In this document: positions 28,301 through 42,450 of the stretch, piece after piece
Layout: every line of letters starts with the position of its first letter
Position numbering within the stretch: the stretch's first letter is position 1
Notes under the pieces: generated by a model
What the model saw: the letters and a program-made list of their open reading frames with translations, nothing else
What the model was told of the DNA's origin: nothing
Database searches by the model: none
Translations under genes and position numbers: made by a program
Origin: Eledone cirrhosa
Taxonomy: Eukaryota
DNA: 64,000 nucleotides
Direction: 5' to 3'
NCBI GenBank assembly: GCA_964016885.1
Contig: OZ024741.1
Span: 245,210,001 to 245,274,000 of the forward strand

Positions 28301-31300
28301 TTAATGGATTTTTTTCAATGGATTTTTTTTAATGGATTTTTTTTTTAATGGATTTTTTTTAATGGGTTTTTTTAATGGCTTTTTTAAATGGATTTTTTTA
28401 ATGGATTTTTTTAATGGATTTTTTTAATGGGTTTTTTAAATGGATTTTTTAATGGATTTTTAATGGATTTTTAATGGATTTTTAATGGATTTTTAATGGA
28501 TTTTTTTAAATAGATTTTTTTAATGGATTTTTAATGGATTTTTTTAATGGATTTTTTTAATGGGTTTTTTTAATGGATTTTTTTTAATGGGTTTTTTTTT
28601 AATGGATTTTTTTTAATGGATTTTTTAAATGGATTTTTTTAATGGATTTTTTTTAATGGGTTTTTTTAAATGGATTTTTTTTAATGGATTTTTTAAATGA
28701 ATTTTTTTAATGGATTTTTTTAATGGGTTTTTTAAATGGATTTTTTAATGGATTTTTAATGGATTTTTAATGGATTTTTAATGGATTTTTTAATGGATTT
28801 TTTTAAATGGATTTTTTTAATGGATTTTTAATGCATTTTTTTTAATGGATTTTTTTAATGGATTTTTTTTTAATGGATTTTTTTTTAATGGATTTTTTTT
28901 TAATGAATTTTTTTAATGGGTTTTTTAAATGGATTTTTTAATGGATTTTTAATGGATTTTTAATGGGTTTTTAATGGATTTTTTAATGGATTTTTTTAAA
29001 TGGATTTTTTTAATGGATTTTTAATGGATTTTTTTTAATGGATTTTTTTAATGGATTTTTTAATGCATTTTTTAATGGATTTTTTTAAATGGATTTTTTT
29101 AATGGATTTTTTAAATGGATTTTTTTAATGGATTTTTTTAATGGTTTTTTTTTAATGGATTTTTTTTTAATGGATTTTTTAAATGGATTTTTGTAATGGA
29201 TTTTTTTTAATGGGTTTTTTAAATGGATTTTTTAATGGATTTTTAATGGATTTTTAATGGATTTTTAATGGATTTTTAATGGATTTTTAATGGGTTTTTA
29301 ATGGATTTTTTTAAATGGATTTTTTTAATGGATTTTTAATGGATTTTTTTAATGGATTTTTTTAATGGGTTTTTTTAATGGATTTTTTTTTAATGGATTT
29401 TTTTTAATGGGTTTTTTTTAATGGATTTTTTTTAATGGATTTTTTAAATGGATTTTTTTAATGGATTTTTTTTAATGGATTTTTTTTAATGGATTTTTTA
29501 AATGAATTTTTTTAATGGATTTTTTTAATGGGTTTTTTAAATGGATTTTTTAATGGATTTTTAATGGATTTTTAATGGATTTTTAATGGATTTTTTAATG
29601 GATTTTTTTAAATGGATTTTTTTAATGGATTTTTAATGCATTTTTTTTAATGGATTTTTTTAATGGATTTTTTTTTTAATGGATTTTTTTTTAATGGATT
29701 TTTTTTTAATGAATTTTTTTTAATGGGTTGTTTAAATGGATTTTTTAATGGATTTTTAATGGATTTTTAATGGGTTTTTAATGGATTTTTTAATGGATTT
29801 TTTTAAATGGATTTTTTTAATGGATTTTTAATGGATTTTTTTTAATGGATTTTTTTAATGGATTTTTTAATGGATTTTTTAATGGATTTTTTTTAATGGA
29901 TTTTTTTAATGGATTTTTTAAATGGATTTTTTTAATGGATTTTTTTAATGGTTTTTTTTTAATGGATTTTTTTTTAATGGATTTTTTAAATGGATTTTTT
30001 TAATGGATTTTTTTTAATGGGTTTTTTAAATGGATTTTTTAATGGATTTTTAATGGATTTTTAATGGATTTTTAATGGGTTTTTAATGGATTTTTTTAAA
30101 TGGATTTTTTTAATGGATTTTTAATGGATTTTTTTAAATTGATTTTTTTTAATGGATTTTTTTTTTAATGGATTTTTTTTTAATGGATTTTTTTTTAATG
30201 GATTTTTTTAATGGGTTTTTTAAATGGATTTTTTAATGGATTTTTAATGGATTTATAATGGGTTTTTTTAAATTGATTTTTTTAATGGTTTTTTTTAATG
30301 GCTTTTTTTAAATGGGTTTTTTTAATGGCTTTTTTAAATGGATTTTTTTAATGGATTTTTTAATGGATTTTTTTTAATGGGTTTTTTAAATGGATTTTTT
30401 AATGGATTTTTTTAAATGGATTTTTTTAATGGATTTTTAATGGATTTTTATAAATTGATTTTTTTTAATGGATTTTTTTTAATGGATTTTTTTTTTAATG
30501 GATTTTTTTAATGGGTTTTTTTAATGGCTTTTTTAAATGGATTTTTTTAATGGTTTTTTTTTTATGGGTTTTTTAAATGGATTTTTTAATGGATTTTTAA
30601 TTGATTTTTAATGGATTTTTAATGGGTTTTTAATGGATTTTTGAAATGGATTTTTTAATGGATTTTTTTTAATGGGTTTTTTAAATGGATTTTTTTAATG
30701 GATTTTTAATGGATTTTTAATGGGTTTTTAATGGATTTTTTAAATGGATTTTTTTAATGGATTTTTAATGGATTTTTTTAATGGATTTTTTTTAATGGTT
30801 TCTTTTAATGGATTTTTTTTTAATGGATTTTTTTTAATGGGTTTTTTTTTAATGGATTTTTTTTAATGGATTTTTTTAATGGATTTTTTTAATGGATTTT
30901 TAATGGATTTTTTTTAATGGATTTTTTTAATGGATTTTTTAATGGATTTTTTTATGGATTTTTTTTAATGGATTTTTTTTAATGGATTTTTTAAATGGAT
31001 TTTTTTAATGGGTTTTTTTAATGGATTTCTTTTTAATGGATTTTTTAAATGGATTTTTTTAATGGATTTTTTTAATGGGTTTTTTAAATGGATTTTTTAA
31101 TGTATTTTTAATGGATTTTTAATGGATTTTTAATGGGTTTTTAATGGATATTTTTTAATGGATTTTTTTAATGGATTTTTAATGGATTTTTTTAATGGAT
31201 TTTTTTAATGGGTTTTTTTTAATGGATTTTTTTTTAATGGATTTTTTTAATGGGTTTTTTAAATGGATTTTTTACTGGATTTTTAATGGATTTTTAATGG

Positions 31301-32790
31301 GTTTTTAATGGATTTTTTTTAAATTGATTTTTTTAATGGGTTTTTTTTAATGGCTTTTTTTTAATGGGTTTTTTAAATGGATTTTTTTAATGGATTTTTT
31401 TTAATGGGTTTTTTAAATGGATTTTTTAATGGATTTTTAATGGATTTTTAATGGATTTTTAATGGGTTTTTAATGGGTTTTTTAAATGGATTTTTTTAAT
31501 GGATTTTTTATGGATTTTTTAAATTGATTTTTTTTAATGGATTTTTTTTAATGGATTTTTTTTAATGGATTTTTTTTTTTAATGGATTTTTTTTTAATGG
31601 GTTTTTTTAATGGCTTTTTTAAATGGATTTTTTTAATGGATTTTTTTAATGGGTTTTTTAAATGGATTTTTTAATGGATTTTTAATGGATTTTTAATGGA
31701 TTTTTAATGGGTTTTTAATGGATTTTTTTAATGGATTTTTTTTTTAATGGATTTTTTAAATGGATTTTTTTAATGGATTTTTTTTAATGGGTTTTTTAAA
31801 TGGATTTTTTAATGGATTTTTAATGGATTTTTAATGGATTTTTAATGGGTTTTTAATGGATTTTTTTAAATGGATTTTTTTAATGGATTTATAATGGATT
31901 TTTTTAATGGATTTTTTTTAATGGGTTTTTTTAATGGATTTTTTTTTAATGGATTTTTTTTAATGGGTTTTTTTTTTAATGGATTTTTTTTAATGGATTT
32001 TTTAAATGGATTTTTTTAATGGATTTTTTTTAATGGGTTTTTTTAAATGGATTTTTTTAAATGGATTTTTTTTAATGGATTTTTTAAATGAATTTTTTTA
32101 ATGGATTTTTTTAATGGGTTTTTTAAATTGATTTTTTAATGGATTTTTAATGGATTTTTAATGGGTTTTTAATGGATTTTTTAATGGATTTTTTAAATGG
32201 ATTTTTTTAATGGATTTTTAATGGATTTTTTTTAATGGATTTTTTTACTGGATTTTTTAATGGATTTTTAATGGTTTATTTTTAATGGATATTTAAATGG
32301 ATTTTTTTAATGGATTTTTTTTAATGGGTTTTTTAAATGGATTTTTTAATGGATTTTTAATGGATTTTTAATGGATTTTTAATGGGTTTTTAAAGGATTT
32401 TTTTTAATGGATTTTTTTAATGGATTTTTAATGGATTTTTTTTAATGGATTTTTTTTTAATGGATTTTTTTTTAATGGATTTTTTTTTTAATGGATTTTT
32501 TTTAATGGGTTTTTTAAATGGATTTTTTAATGGATTTTTAATGGATTTTTAATGGGTTTTTAATGGATTTTTTTAAATGGATTTTTTTAATGGATTTTTA
32601 ATGGATTTTTTTAAATTGATTTTTTTAATGGGTTTTTTTAATGGCTTTTTTTTAATGGGTTTTTTTAATGGGTTTTTTAAATGGATTTTTTTAATGGATT
32701 TTTAATGGATTTTTAATGGATTTTTTTTTTAATGGATTTTTTTTTAATGGGTTTTTTTAATGGCTTTTTTAAATGGATTTTTTTAATGGA
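15700..32790. repeat. Tandem duplication, 8529-8556 bp period, two copies (junction near 24260)
   Basis: Offset 8556 for GAAATGG 16930/25486 and T13 17312/25868. Offset 8529 for ATTTGTTTT 18273/26802, GGTCTC 19451/27980, ATAGA 19983/28512, TTGTAATGG 20664/29193, GGGTTGTTT 21201/29730 and AAAGG 23863/32392. Confidence 0.92.
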
Positions 32791-35700
32791 TTTTTTTTAA
32801 TGGAATTTTTAAATGGATTTTTTTAATGGATTTTTTTTAATGGGTTTTTTTAAATGGATTTTTTTTAATGGATTTTTTAAATGAATTTTTTTAATGGATT
32901 TTTTTAATGGGTTTTTTAAATGGATTTTTTAATGGATTTTTAATGGATTTTTAATGGATTTTTAATGGATTTTTTAATGGATTTTTTTAAATGGATTTTT
33001 TTAATGGATTTTTAATGCATTTTTTTAATGGATTTTTTTAATGGATTTTTTTTTTAATGGATTTTTTTTTAATGGATTTTTTTTTAATGAATTTTTTTTA
33101 ATGGGTTTTTTAAATGGATTTTTTAATGGATTTTTAATGGATTTTTAATGGGTTTTTAATGGATTTTTTAATGGATTTTTTTAATGGGTTTTTTAAATTG
33201 ATTTTTTAATGGATTTTTAATGGATTTTTAATGGGTTTTTAATGGATTTTTTAATGGATTTTTTAAATGGATTTTTTTAATGGATTTTTAATGGATTTTT
33301 TTTAATGGATTTTTTTACTGGATTTTTTAATGGATTTTTAATGGTTTTTTTTTTAATGGATTTTTAAATGGATTTTTTTAATGGATTTTTTTTAATGGGT
33401 TTTTTAAATGGATTTTTTAATGGATTTTTAATGGATTTTTAATGGATTTTTAATGGGTTTTTAAAGGATTTTTTTTAATGGATTTTTTTAATGGATTTTT
33501 AATGGATTTTTTTTAATGGATTTTTTTTTTAATGGATTTTTTTTTAATGGATTTTTTTTTTAATGGATTTTTTTTAATGGGTTTTTTAAATGGATTTTTT
33601 AATGGATTTTTAATGGATTTTTAATGGATTTTTAATGGGTTTTTAATGGATTTTTTTAAATGGATTTTTTTAATGGATTTTTAATGGATTTTTTTAAATT
33701 GATTTTTTTTAATGGATTTTTTTTTTAATGGATTTTTATTTAATGGATTTTTTTTAAATGGATTTTTTTTAATGGGTTTTTTAAATGGATTTTTTAATGG
33801 ATTTTTAATGGATTTTTAATGGGTTTTTAATGGATTTTTTTAAATGGATTTTTTAATGGATTTTTAATGGATTTTTTTAAATTGATTTTTTTAATGGGTT
33901 TTTTTTAATGGCTTTTTTTTAATGGGTTTTTTTAATGGCTTTTTTAAATGGATTTTTTTAATGGATTTTTTTAATGGATTTTTTTTAATGGGTTTTTTAA
34001 ATGGATTTTTTAATGGATTTTTTTAAATGGATTTTTTTAATGGATTTTTAATGGATTTTTTTAAATTGATTTTTTTTAATGGATTTTTTTGAATGGATTT
34101 TTTTTTTAATGGATTTTTTTAATGGGTTTTTTAAATGGATTTTTTAATGGATTTTTAATGGATTTTTAATGGGTTTTTAATGGATTTTTTAAATGGATTT
34201 TTTTAATGGATTTTTTTTAATGGGTTTTTTAAATGGATTTTTTTAATGGATTTTTAATGGATTTTTAATGGATTTTTAATGTGTTTTTAATGGATTTTTT
34301 AAATGGATTTTTTTAATGGATTTTTTTAATGGGTTTTTTTTAATGGGTTTTTTTAAATGGATTTTTTTTAATGGATTTTTTAAATGGATTTTTTAATGGC
34401 TTTTTTTAATGGGTTTTTAAATGGATTTTTTAATGGATTTTTAATGGATTTTTAATGCATTTTTAATGGATTTTTAATGGATTTTTTAATGAGTTTTTTA
34501 AATGGATTTTTTTAATGGATTTTTAATGGATTTTTTTCTATGGATTTTTTTAATGGATTTTTTAAATGGATTTTTTTAATGGATTTTTTTTAATGGGTTT
34601 TTTAAATGGATTTTTTAATGGATTTTTAATGGATTTTTAATGGATTTTTAATGTGTTTTTAATGGATTTTTTTAATGGATTTTTAATGGATTTTTTTAAA
34701 TTGATTTTTTTTAATGGATTTTTTTTTAATGGATTTTTTTTTAATGGATTTTTTTTAATGGATTTTTTTTAATGGGTTTTTTAAATGGATTTTTTAAATG
34801 GATTTTTTTAATGGATTTTTTTAATGGGTTTTTTAAATGGATTTTTTAATGGATTTTTTTAAATGGATTTTTTTAATGGATTTTTAATGGATTTTTTTAA
34901 ATTGATTTTTTTTAATGGATTTTTTTTAATGGATTTTTTTTTTAATGGATTTTTTTAATGGGTTTTTTTAATGGCTTTTTTAAATGGATTTTTTTAATGG
35001 ATTTTTTTAATGGATTTTTTTAATGGGTTTTTTAAATGGATTTTTTAATGGATTTTTAATGGATTTTTAATGGGTTTTTAATGGATTTTTTAAATGGATT
35101 TTTTTAATGGATTTTTTTAATGGGTTTTTTAAATGGATTTTTTTAATGGATTTTTAATGGATTGTTAATGGATTTTTAATGGGTTTTTAATGGATTTTTT
35201 AAATGGATTTTTTTAATGGATTTTTTATGGATTTTTTAAATTGATTTTTTTTAATGGATTTTTTTTAATGGATTTTTTTTAATGGATTTTTTTTTTTAAT
35301 GGATTTTTTTTTAATGGGTTTTTTTAATGGCTTTTTTAAATGGATTTTTTTAATGGATTTTTTTAATGGGTTTTTTAAATGGATTTTTTAATGGATTTTT
35401 AATGGATTTTTAATGGATTTTTAATGGGTTTTTAATGGATTTTTTAAATGGATTTTTTAATGGATTTTTAATGGATTTTTTTAATGGATTTTTTTTGGGT
35501 TTTTTTAAATGGATTTTTTTTTAATGGATTTTTTTTAATGGGTTTTTTTAATGGATTTTTTAAATGGATTTTTTAAATGGATTTTTTTAATGGATTTTTT
35601 TTAATGGGTTTTTTTAAATGGATTTTTTTTAATGGATTTTTTAAATGAATTTTTTTAATGGATTTTTTTAATGGGTTTTTTAAATGGATTTTTTAATGGA

Positions 35701-38700
35701 TTTTTAATGGATTTTTAATGGGTTTTTAATGGATTTTTTAATGGATTTTTTTAAATGGATTTTTTTAATGGATTTTTAATGGATTTTTTTTAATGGATTT
35801 TTTTAATGGATTTTTTAATGGATTTTTTTATGGATTTTTTTTAATGGATTTTTTTAATGGATTTTTTAAATGGATTTTTTTAATGGATTTTTTTAATGGG
35901 TTTTTTTTAATGGATTTTTTTTAATGGATTTTTTAAATGGATTTTTTTAATGGATTTTTTTTAATGGGTTTTTTAAATGGATTTTTTAATGGATTTTTAA
36001 TGGATTTTTAATGGATTTTTAATGGGTTTTTAATGGATTTTTTTAAATGGATTTTTTTAATGGATTTTTAATGCATTTTTTTTAATGGATTTTTTTAATG
36101 GATTTTTTTTTTAATGGATTTTTTTTTAATGGATTTTTTTTTAATGAATTTTTTTTAATGGGTTGTTTAAATGGATTTTTTAATGGATTTTTAATGGATT
36201 TTTAATGGGTTTTTAATGGATTTTTTAATGGATTTTTTTAAATGGATTTTTTTAATGGATTTTTAATGGATTTTTTTTAATGGATTTTTTTAATGGATTT
36301 TTTAATGGATTTTTTAATGGATTTTTTTTAATGGATTTTTTTAATGGATTTTTTAAATGGATTTTTTTAATGGATTTTTTTAATGGTTTTTTTTTAATGG
36401 ATTTTTTTTTAATGGATTTTTTAAATGGATTTTTTTAATGGATTTTTTTTAATGGGTTTTTTAAATGGATTTTTTAATGGATTTTTAATGGATTTTTAAT
36501 GGATTTTTAATGGGTTTTTAATGGATTTTTTTAAATGGATTTTTTTAATGGATTTTTAATGGATTTTTTTAAATTGATTTTTTTAATGGATTTTTTTTTT
36601 AATGGATTTTTTTTTAATGGATTTTTTTTTAATGGATTTTTTTAATGGGTTTTTTAAATGGATTTTTTAATGGATTTTTAATGGATTTATAATGGGTTTT
36701 TTTAAATTGATTTTTTTAATGGGTTTTTTTAATGGCTTTTTTTAAATGGGTTTTTTTAATGGCTTTTTTAAATGGATTTTTTTAATGGATTTTTTAATGG
36801 ATTTTTTTTAATGGGTTTTTTAAATGGATTTTGTAATGGATTTTTTTAAATGGATTTTTTTAATGGATTTTTAATGGATTTTTTTAAATTGATTTTTTTT
36901 AATGGATTTTTTTTAATGGATTTTTTTTTTAATGGATTTTTTTAATGGGTTTTTTTAATGGCTTTTTTAAATGGATTTTTTTAATGGTTTTTTTTTAATG
37001 GGTTTTTTAAATGGATTTTTTAATGGATTTTTAATTGATTTTTAATGGATTTTTAATGGGTTTTTAATGGATTTTTGAAATGGATTTTTTAATGGATTTT
37101 TTTTAATGGGTTTTTTAAATGGATTTTTTTAATGGATTTTTAATGGATTTTTAATGGGTTTTTAATGGATTTTTTAAATGGATTTTTTTAATGGATTTTT
37201 AATGGATTTTTTTAATGGATTTTTTTTAATGGTTTCTTTTAATGGATTTTTTTTTAATGGATTTTTTTTAATGGGTTTTTTTTTAATGGATTTTTTTTAA
37301 TGGATTTTTTTAATGGATTTTTTTAATGGATTTTTAATGGATTTTTTTTAATGGATTTTTTTAATGGATTTTTTAATGGATTTTTTTATGGATTTTTTTT
37401 AATGGATTTTTTTTAATGGATTTTTTAAATGGATTTTTTTAATGGGTTTTTTTAATGGATTTCTTTTTAATGGATTTTTTAAATGGATTTTTTTAATGGA
37501 TTTTTTTAATGGGTTTTTTAAATGGATTTTTTAATGTATTTTTAATGGATTTTTAATGGATTTTTAATGGGTTTTTAATGGATTTTTTTTAATGGATTTT
37601 TTTAATGGATTTTTAATGGATTTTTTTAATGGATTTTTTTAATGGGTTTTTTTTAATGGATTTTTTTTTAATGGATTTTTTTAATGGGTTTTTTAAATGG
37701 ATTTTTTACTGGATTTTTAATGGATTTTTAATGGGTTTTTAATGGATTTTTTTTAAATTGATTTTTTTAATGGGTTTTTTTTAATGGCTTTTTTTTAATG
37801 GGTTTTTTAAATGGATTTTTTTAATGGATTTTTTTTAATGGGTTTTTTAAATGGATTTTTTAATGGATTTTTAATGGATTTTTAATGGATTTTTAATGGG
37901 TTTTTAATGGGTTTTTTAAATGGATTTTTTTAATGGATTTTTTATGGATTTTTTAAATTGATTTTTTTTAATGGATTTTTTTTAATGGATTTTTTTTTTA
38001 ATGGATTTTTTTTTAATGGGTTTTTTTTAATGGCTTTTTTAAATGGATTTTTTTAATGGATTTTTTTAATGGGTTTTTTAAATGGATTTTTTAATGGATT
38101 TTTAATGGATTTTTAATGGATTTTTAATGGGTTTTTAATGGATTTTTTTAATGGATTTTTTTTTTAATGGATTTTTTAAATGGATTTTTTTAATGGATTT
38201 TTTTTAATGGGTTTTTTAAATGGATTTTTTAATGGATTTTTAATGGATTTTTAATGGATTTTTAATGGGTTTTTAATGGATTTTTTTAAATGGATTTTTT
38301 TAATGGATTTATAATGGATTTTTTTAATGGATTTTTTTTAATGGGTTTTTTTAATGGATTTTTTTTTAATGGATTTTTTTTAATGGGTTTTTTTTTTAAT
38401 GGATTTTTTTTAATGGATTTTTTAAATGGATTTTTTTAATGGATTTTTTTTAATGGGTTTTTTTAAATGGATTTTTTTAAATGGATTTTTTTTAATGGAT
38501 TTTTTAAATGAATTTTTTTAATGGATTTTTTTAATGGGTTTTTTAAATTGATTTTTTAATGGATTTTTAATGGATTTTTAATGGGTTTTTAATGGATTTT
38601 TTAATGGATTTTTTAAATGGATTTTTTTAATGGATTTTTAATGGATTTTTTTTAATGGATTTTTTTACTGGATTTTTTAATGGATTTTTAATGGTTTTTT

Positions 38701-41700
38701 TTTAATGGATTTTTAAATGGATTTTTTTAATGGATTTTTTTTAATGGGTTTTTTAAATGGATTTTTTAATGGATTTTTAATGGATTTTTAATGGATTTTT
38801 AATGGGTTTTTAAAGGATTTTTTTTAATGGATTTTTTTAATGGATTTTTAATGGATTTTTTTTAATGGATTTTTTTTAAATGGATTTTTTTTTAATGGAT
38901 TTTTTTTTTAATGGATTTTTTTTAATGGGTTTTTTAAATGGATTTTTTAATGGATTTTTAATGGATTTTTAATGGGTTTTTAATGGATTTTTTTAAATGG
39001 ATTTTTTTAATGGATTTTTAATGGATTTTTTTAAATTGATTTTTTTAATGGGTTTTTTTAATGGCTTTTTTTTAATGGGTTTTTTTAATGGGTTTTTTAA
39101 ATGGATTTTTTTAATGGATTTTTAATGGATTTTTAATGGATTTTTTTTTTAATGGATTTTTTTTTAATGGGTTTTTTTAATGGCTTTTTTAAATGGATTT
39201 TTTTAATGGATTTTTTTTAATGGAATTTTTAAATGGATTTTTTTAATGGATTTTTTTTAATGGGTTTTTTTAAATGGATTTTTTTAATGGATTTTTTAAA
39301 TGAATTTTTTTAATGGATTTTTTTAATGGGTTTTTTAAATGGATTTTTTAATGGATTTTTAATGGATTTTTAATGGATTTTTAATGGATTTTTTAATGGA
39401 TTTTTTTAAATGGATTTTTTTAATGGATTTTTAATGCATTTTTTTTAATGGATTTTTTTAATGGATTTTTTTTTAATGGATTTTTTTTTAATGGATTTTT
39501 TTTTAATGAATTTTTTTTAATGGGTTTTTTAAATGGATTTTTTAATGGATTTTTAATGGATTTTTAATGGGTTTTTAATGGATTTTTTAATGATTTTTTT
39601 AATGGGTTTTTTAAATTGATTTTTTAATGGATTTTTAATGGATTTTTAATGGGTTTTTAATGGATTTTTTAATGGATTTTTTAAATGGATTTTTTTAATG
39701 GATTTTTAATGGATTTTTTTTAATGGATTTTTTTACTGGATTTTTTAATGGATTTTTAATGGTTTTTTTTTAATGGATTTTTAAATGGATTTTTTTAATG
39801 GATTTTTTTTAATGGGTTTTTTAAATGGATTTTTTAATGGATTTTTAATGGATTTTTAATGGATTTTTAATGGGTTTTTAAAGGATTTTTTTTAATGGAT
39901 TTTTTTAATGGATTTTTAATGGATTTTTTTTAATGGATTTTTTTTTTAATGGATTTTTTTTTAATGGATTTTTTTTTTAATGGATTTTTTTTAATGGGTT
40001 TTTTAAATGGATTTTTTAATGGATTTTTAATGGATTTTTAATGGATTTTTAATGGGTTTTTAATGGATTTTTTTAAATGGATTTTTTTAATGGATTTTTA
40101 ATGGATTTTTTTAAATTGATTTTTTTTAATGGATTTTTTTTTTAATGGATTTTTATTTAATGGATTTTTTTTAAATGGATTTTTTTTAATGGGTTTTTTA
40201 AATGGATTTTTTAATGGATTTTTAATGGATTTTTAATGGGTTTTTAATGGATTTTTTTAAATGGATTTTTTTAATGGATTTTTAATGGATTTTTTTAAAT
40301 TGATTTTTTTAATGGGTTTTTTTTAATGGCTTTTTTTTAATGGGTTTTTTTAATGGCTTTTTTAAATGGATTTTTTTAATGGATTTTTTTAATGGATTTT
40401 TTTTAATGGGTTTTTTAAATGGATTTTTTAATGGATTTTTTTAAATGGATTTTTTTAATGGATTTTTAATGGATTTTTTTAAATTGATTTTTTTTAATGG
40501 ATTTTTTTGAATGGATTTTTTTTTTAATGGATTTTTTTAATGGGTTTTTTAAATGGATTTTTTAATGGATTTTTAATGGATTTTTAATGGGTTTTTAATG
40601 GATTTTTTAAATGGATTTTTTTAATGGATTTTTTTTAATGGGTTTTTTAAATGGATTTTTTTAATGGATTTTTAATGTATTTTTAATGGATTTTTAATGT
40701 GTTTTTAATGGATTTTTTAAATGGATTTTTTTAATGGATTTTTTTAATGGGTTTTTTTTAATGGGTTTTTTTAAATGGATTTTTTTTAATGGATTTTTTA
40801 AATGGATTTTTTAATGGCTTTTTTTAATGGGTTTTTTAAATGGATTTTTTAATGGATTTTTAATGGATTTTTAATGCATTTTTAATGGATTTTTAATGGA
40901 TTTTTTAATGAGTTTTTTAAATGGATTTTTTTAATGGATTTTTAATGGATTTTTTTCTATGGATTTTTTTAATGGATTTTTTAAATGGATTTTTTTAATG
41001 GATTTTTTTTAATGGGTTTTTTAAATGGATTTTTTAATGGATTTTTAATGGATTTTTAATGGATTTTTAATGTGTTTTTAATGGATTTTTTTAATGGATT
41101 TTTAATGGATTTTTTTAAATTGATTTTTTTTAATGGATTTTTTTTTAATGGATTTTTTTTTAATGGATTTTTTTTAATGGATTTTTTTTAATGGGTTTTT
41201 TAAATGGATTTTTTAAATGGATTTTTTTAATGGATTTTTTTTAATGGGTTTTTTAAATGGATTTTTTAATGGATTTTTTTAAATGGATTTTTTTAATGGA
41301 TTTTTAATGGATTTTTTTAAATTGATTTTTTTTAATGGATTTTTTTTAATGGATTTTTTTTTAATGGATTTTTTTAATGGGTTTTTTTAATGGCTTTTTT
41401 AAATGGATTTTTTTAATGGATTTTTTTAATGGATTTTTTTTAATGGGTTTTTTAAATGGATTTTTTAATGGATTTTTAATGGATTTTTAATGGGTTTTTA
41501 ATGGATTTTTTAAATGGATTTTTTTAATGGATTTTTTTTAATGGGTTTTTTAAATGGATTTTTTTAATGGATTTTTAATGGATTTTTAATGGATTTTTAA
41601 TGGGTTTTTAATGGATTTTTTAAATGGATTTTTTTAATGGATTTTTTATGGATTTTTTAAATTGATTTTTTTTAATGGATTTTTTTTAATGGATTTTTTT

Positions 41701-42450
41701 TAATGGATTTTTTTTTTTAATGGATTTTTTTTTAATGGGTTTTTTAAATGGATTTTTTAATGGATTTTTAATGGATTTTTAATGGATTTTTAATGGGTTT
41801 TTAATGGATTTTTTAAATGGATTTTTTAATGGATTTTTAATGGATTTTTTTAATGGATTTTTTTTGGGTTTTTTTAAATGGATTTTTTTTTAATGGATTT
41901 TTTTTAATGGGTTTTTTTTAATGGATTTTTTTAATGGATTTTTTAAATGGATTTTTTTAATGGATTTTTTTTAATGGGTTTTTTTAAATGGATTTTTTTT
42001 AATGGATTTTTTAAATGAATTTTTTTAATGGATTTTTTTAATGGGTTTTTTAAATGGATTTTTTAATGGATTTTTAATGGATTTTTAATGGGTTTTTAAT
42101 GGATTTTTTAATGGATTTTTTTAAATGGATTTTTTTAATGGATTTTTAATGGATTTTTTTTTAATGGATTTTTTTAATGGATTTTTTAATGGATTTTTTT
42201 ATGGATTTTTTTTAATGGATTTTTTTAATGGATTTTTTAAATGGATTTTTTTAATGGATTTTTTTAATGGGTTTTTTTAATGGATTTTTTTTAATGGATT
42301 TTTTAAATGGATTTTTTTAATGGATTTTTTTTAATGGGTTTTTTAAATGGATTTTTTAATGGATTTTTAATGGATTTTTAATGGATTTTTAATGGGTTTT
42401 TAATGGATTTTTTTAAATGGATTTTTTTAATGGATTTTTAATGGATTTTT
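29600..42450. repeat. Tandem duplication, ~6.37-6.44 kb period, two copies (junction near 36030)
   Basis: GGGTTGTTT 29730/36165, GAAATGG 30643/37077, AAAGG 32392/38812 and 33463/39880, AATGAG 34491/40910, AAT-less TTTTGGG 35497/41866. Confidence 0.88.
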
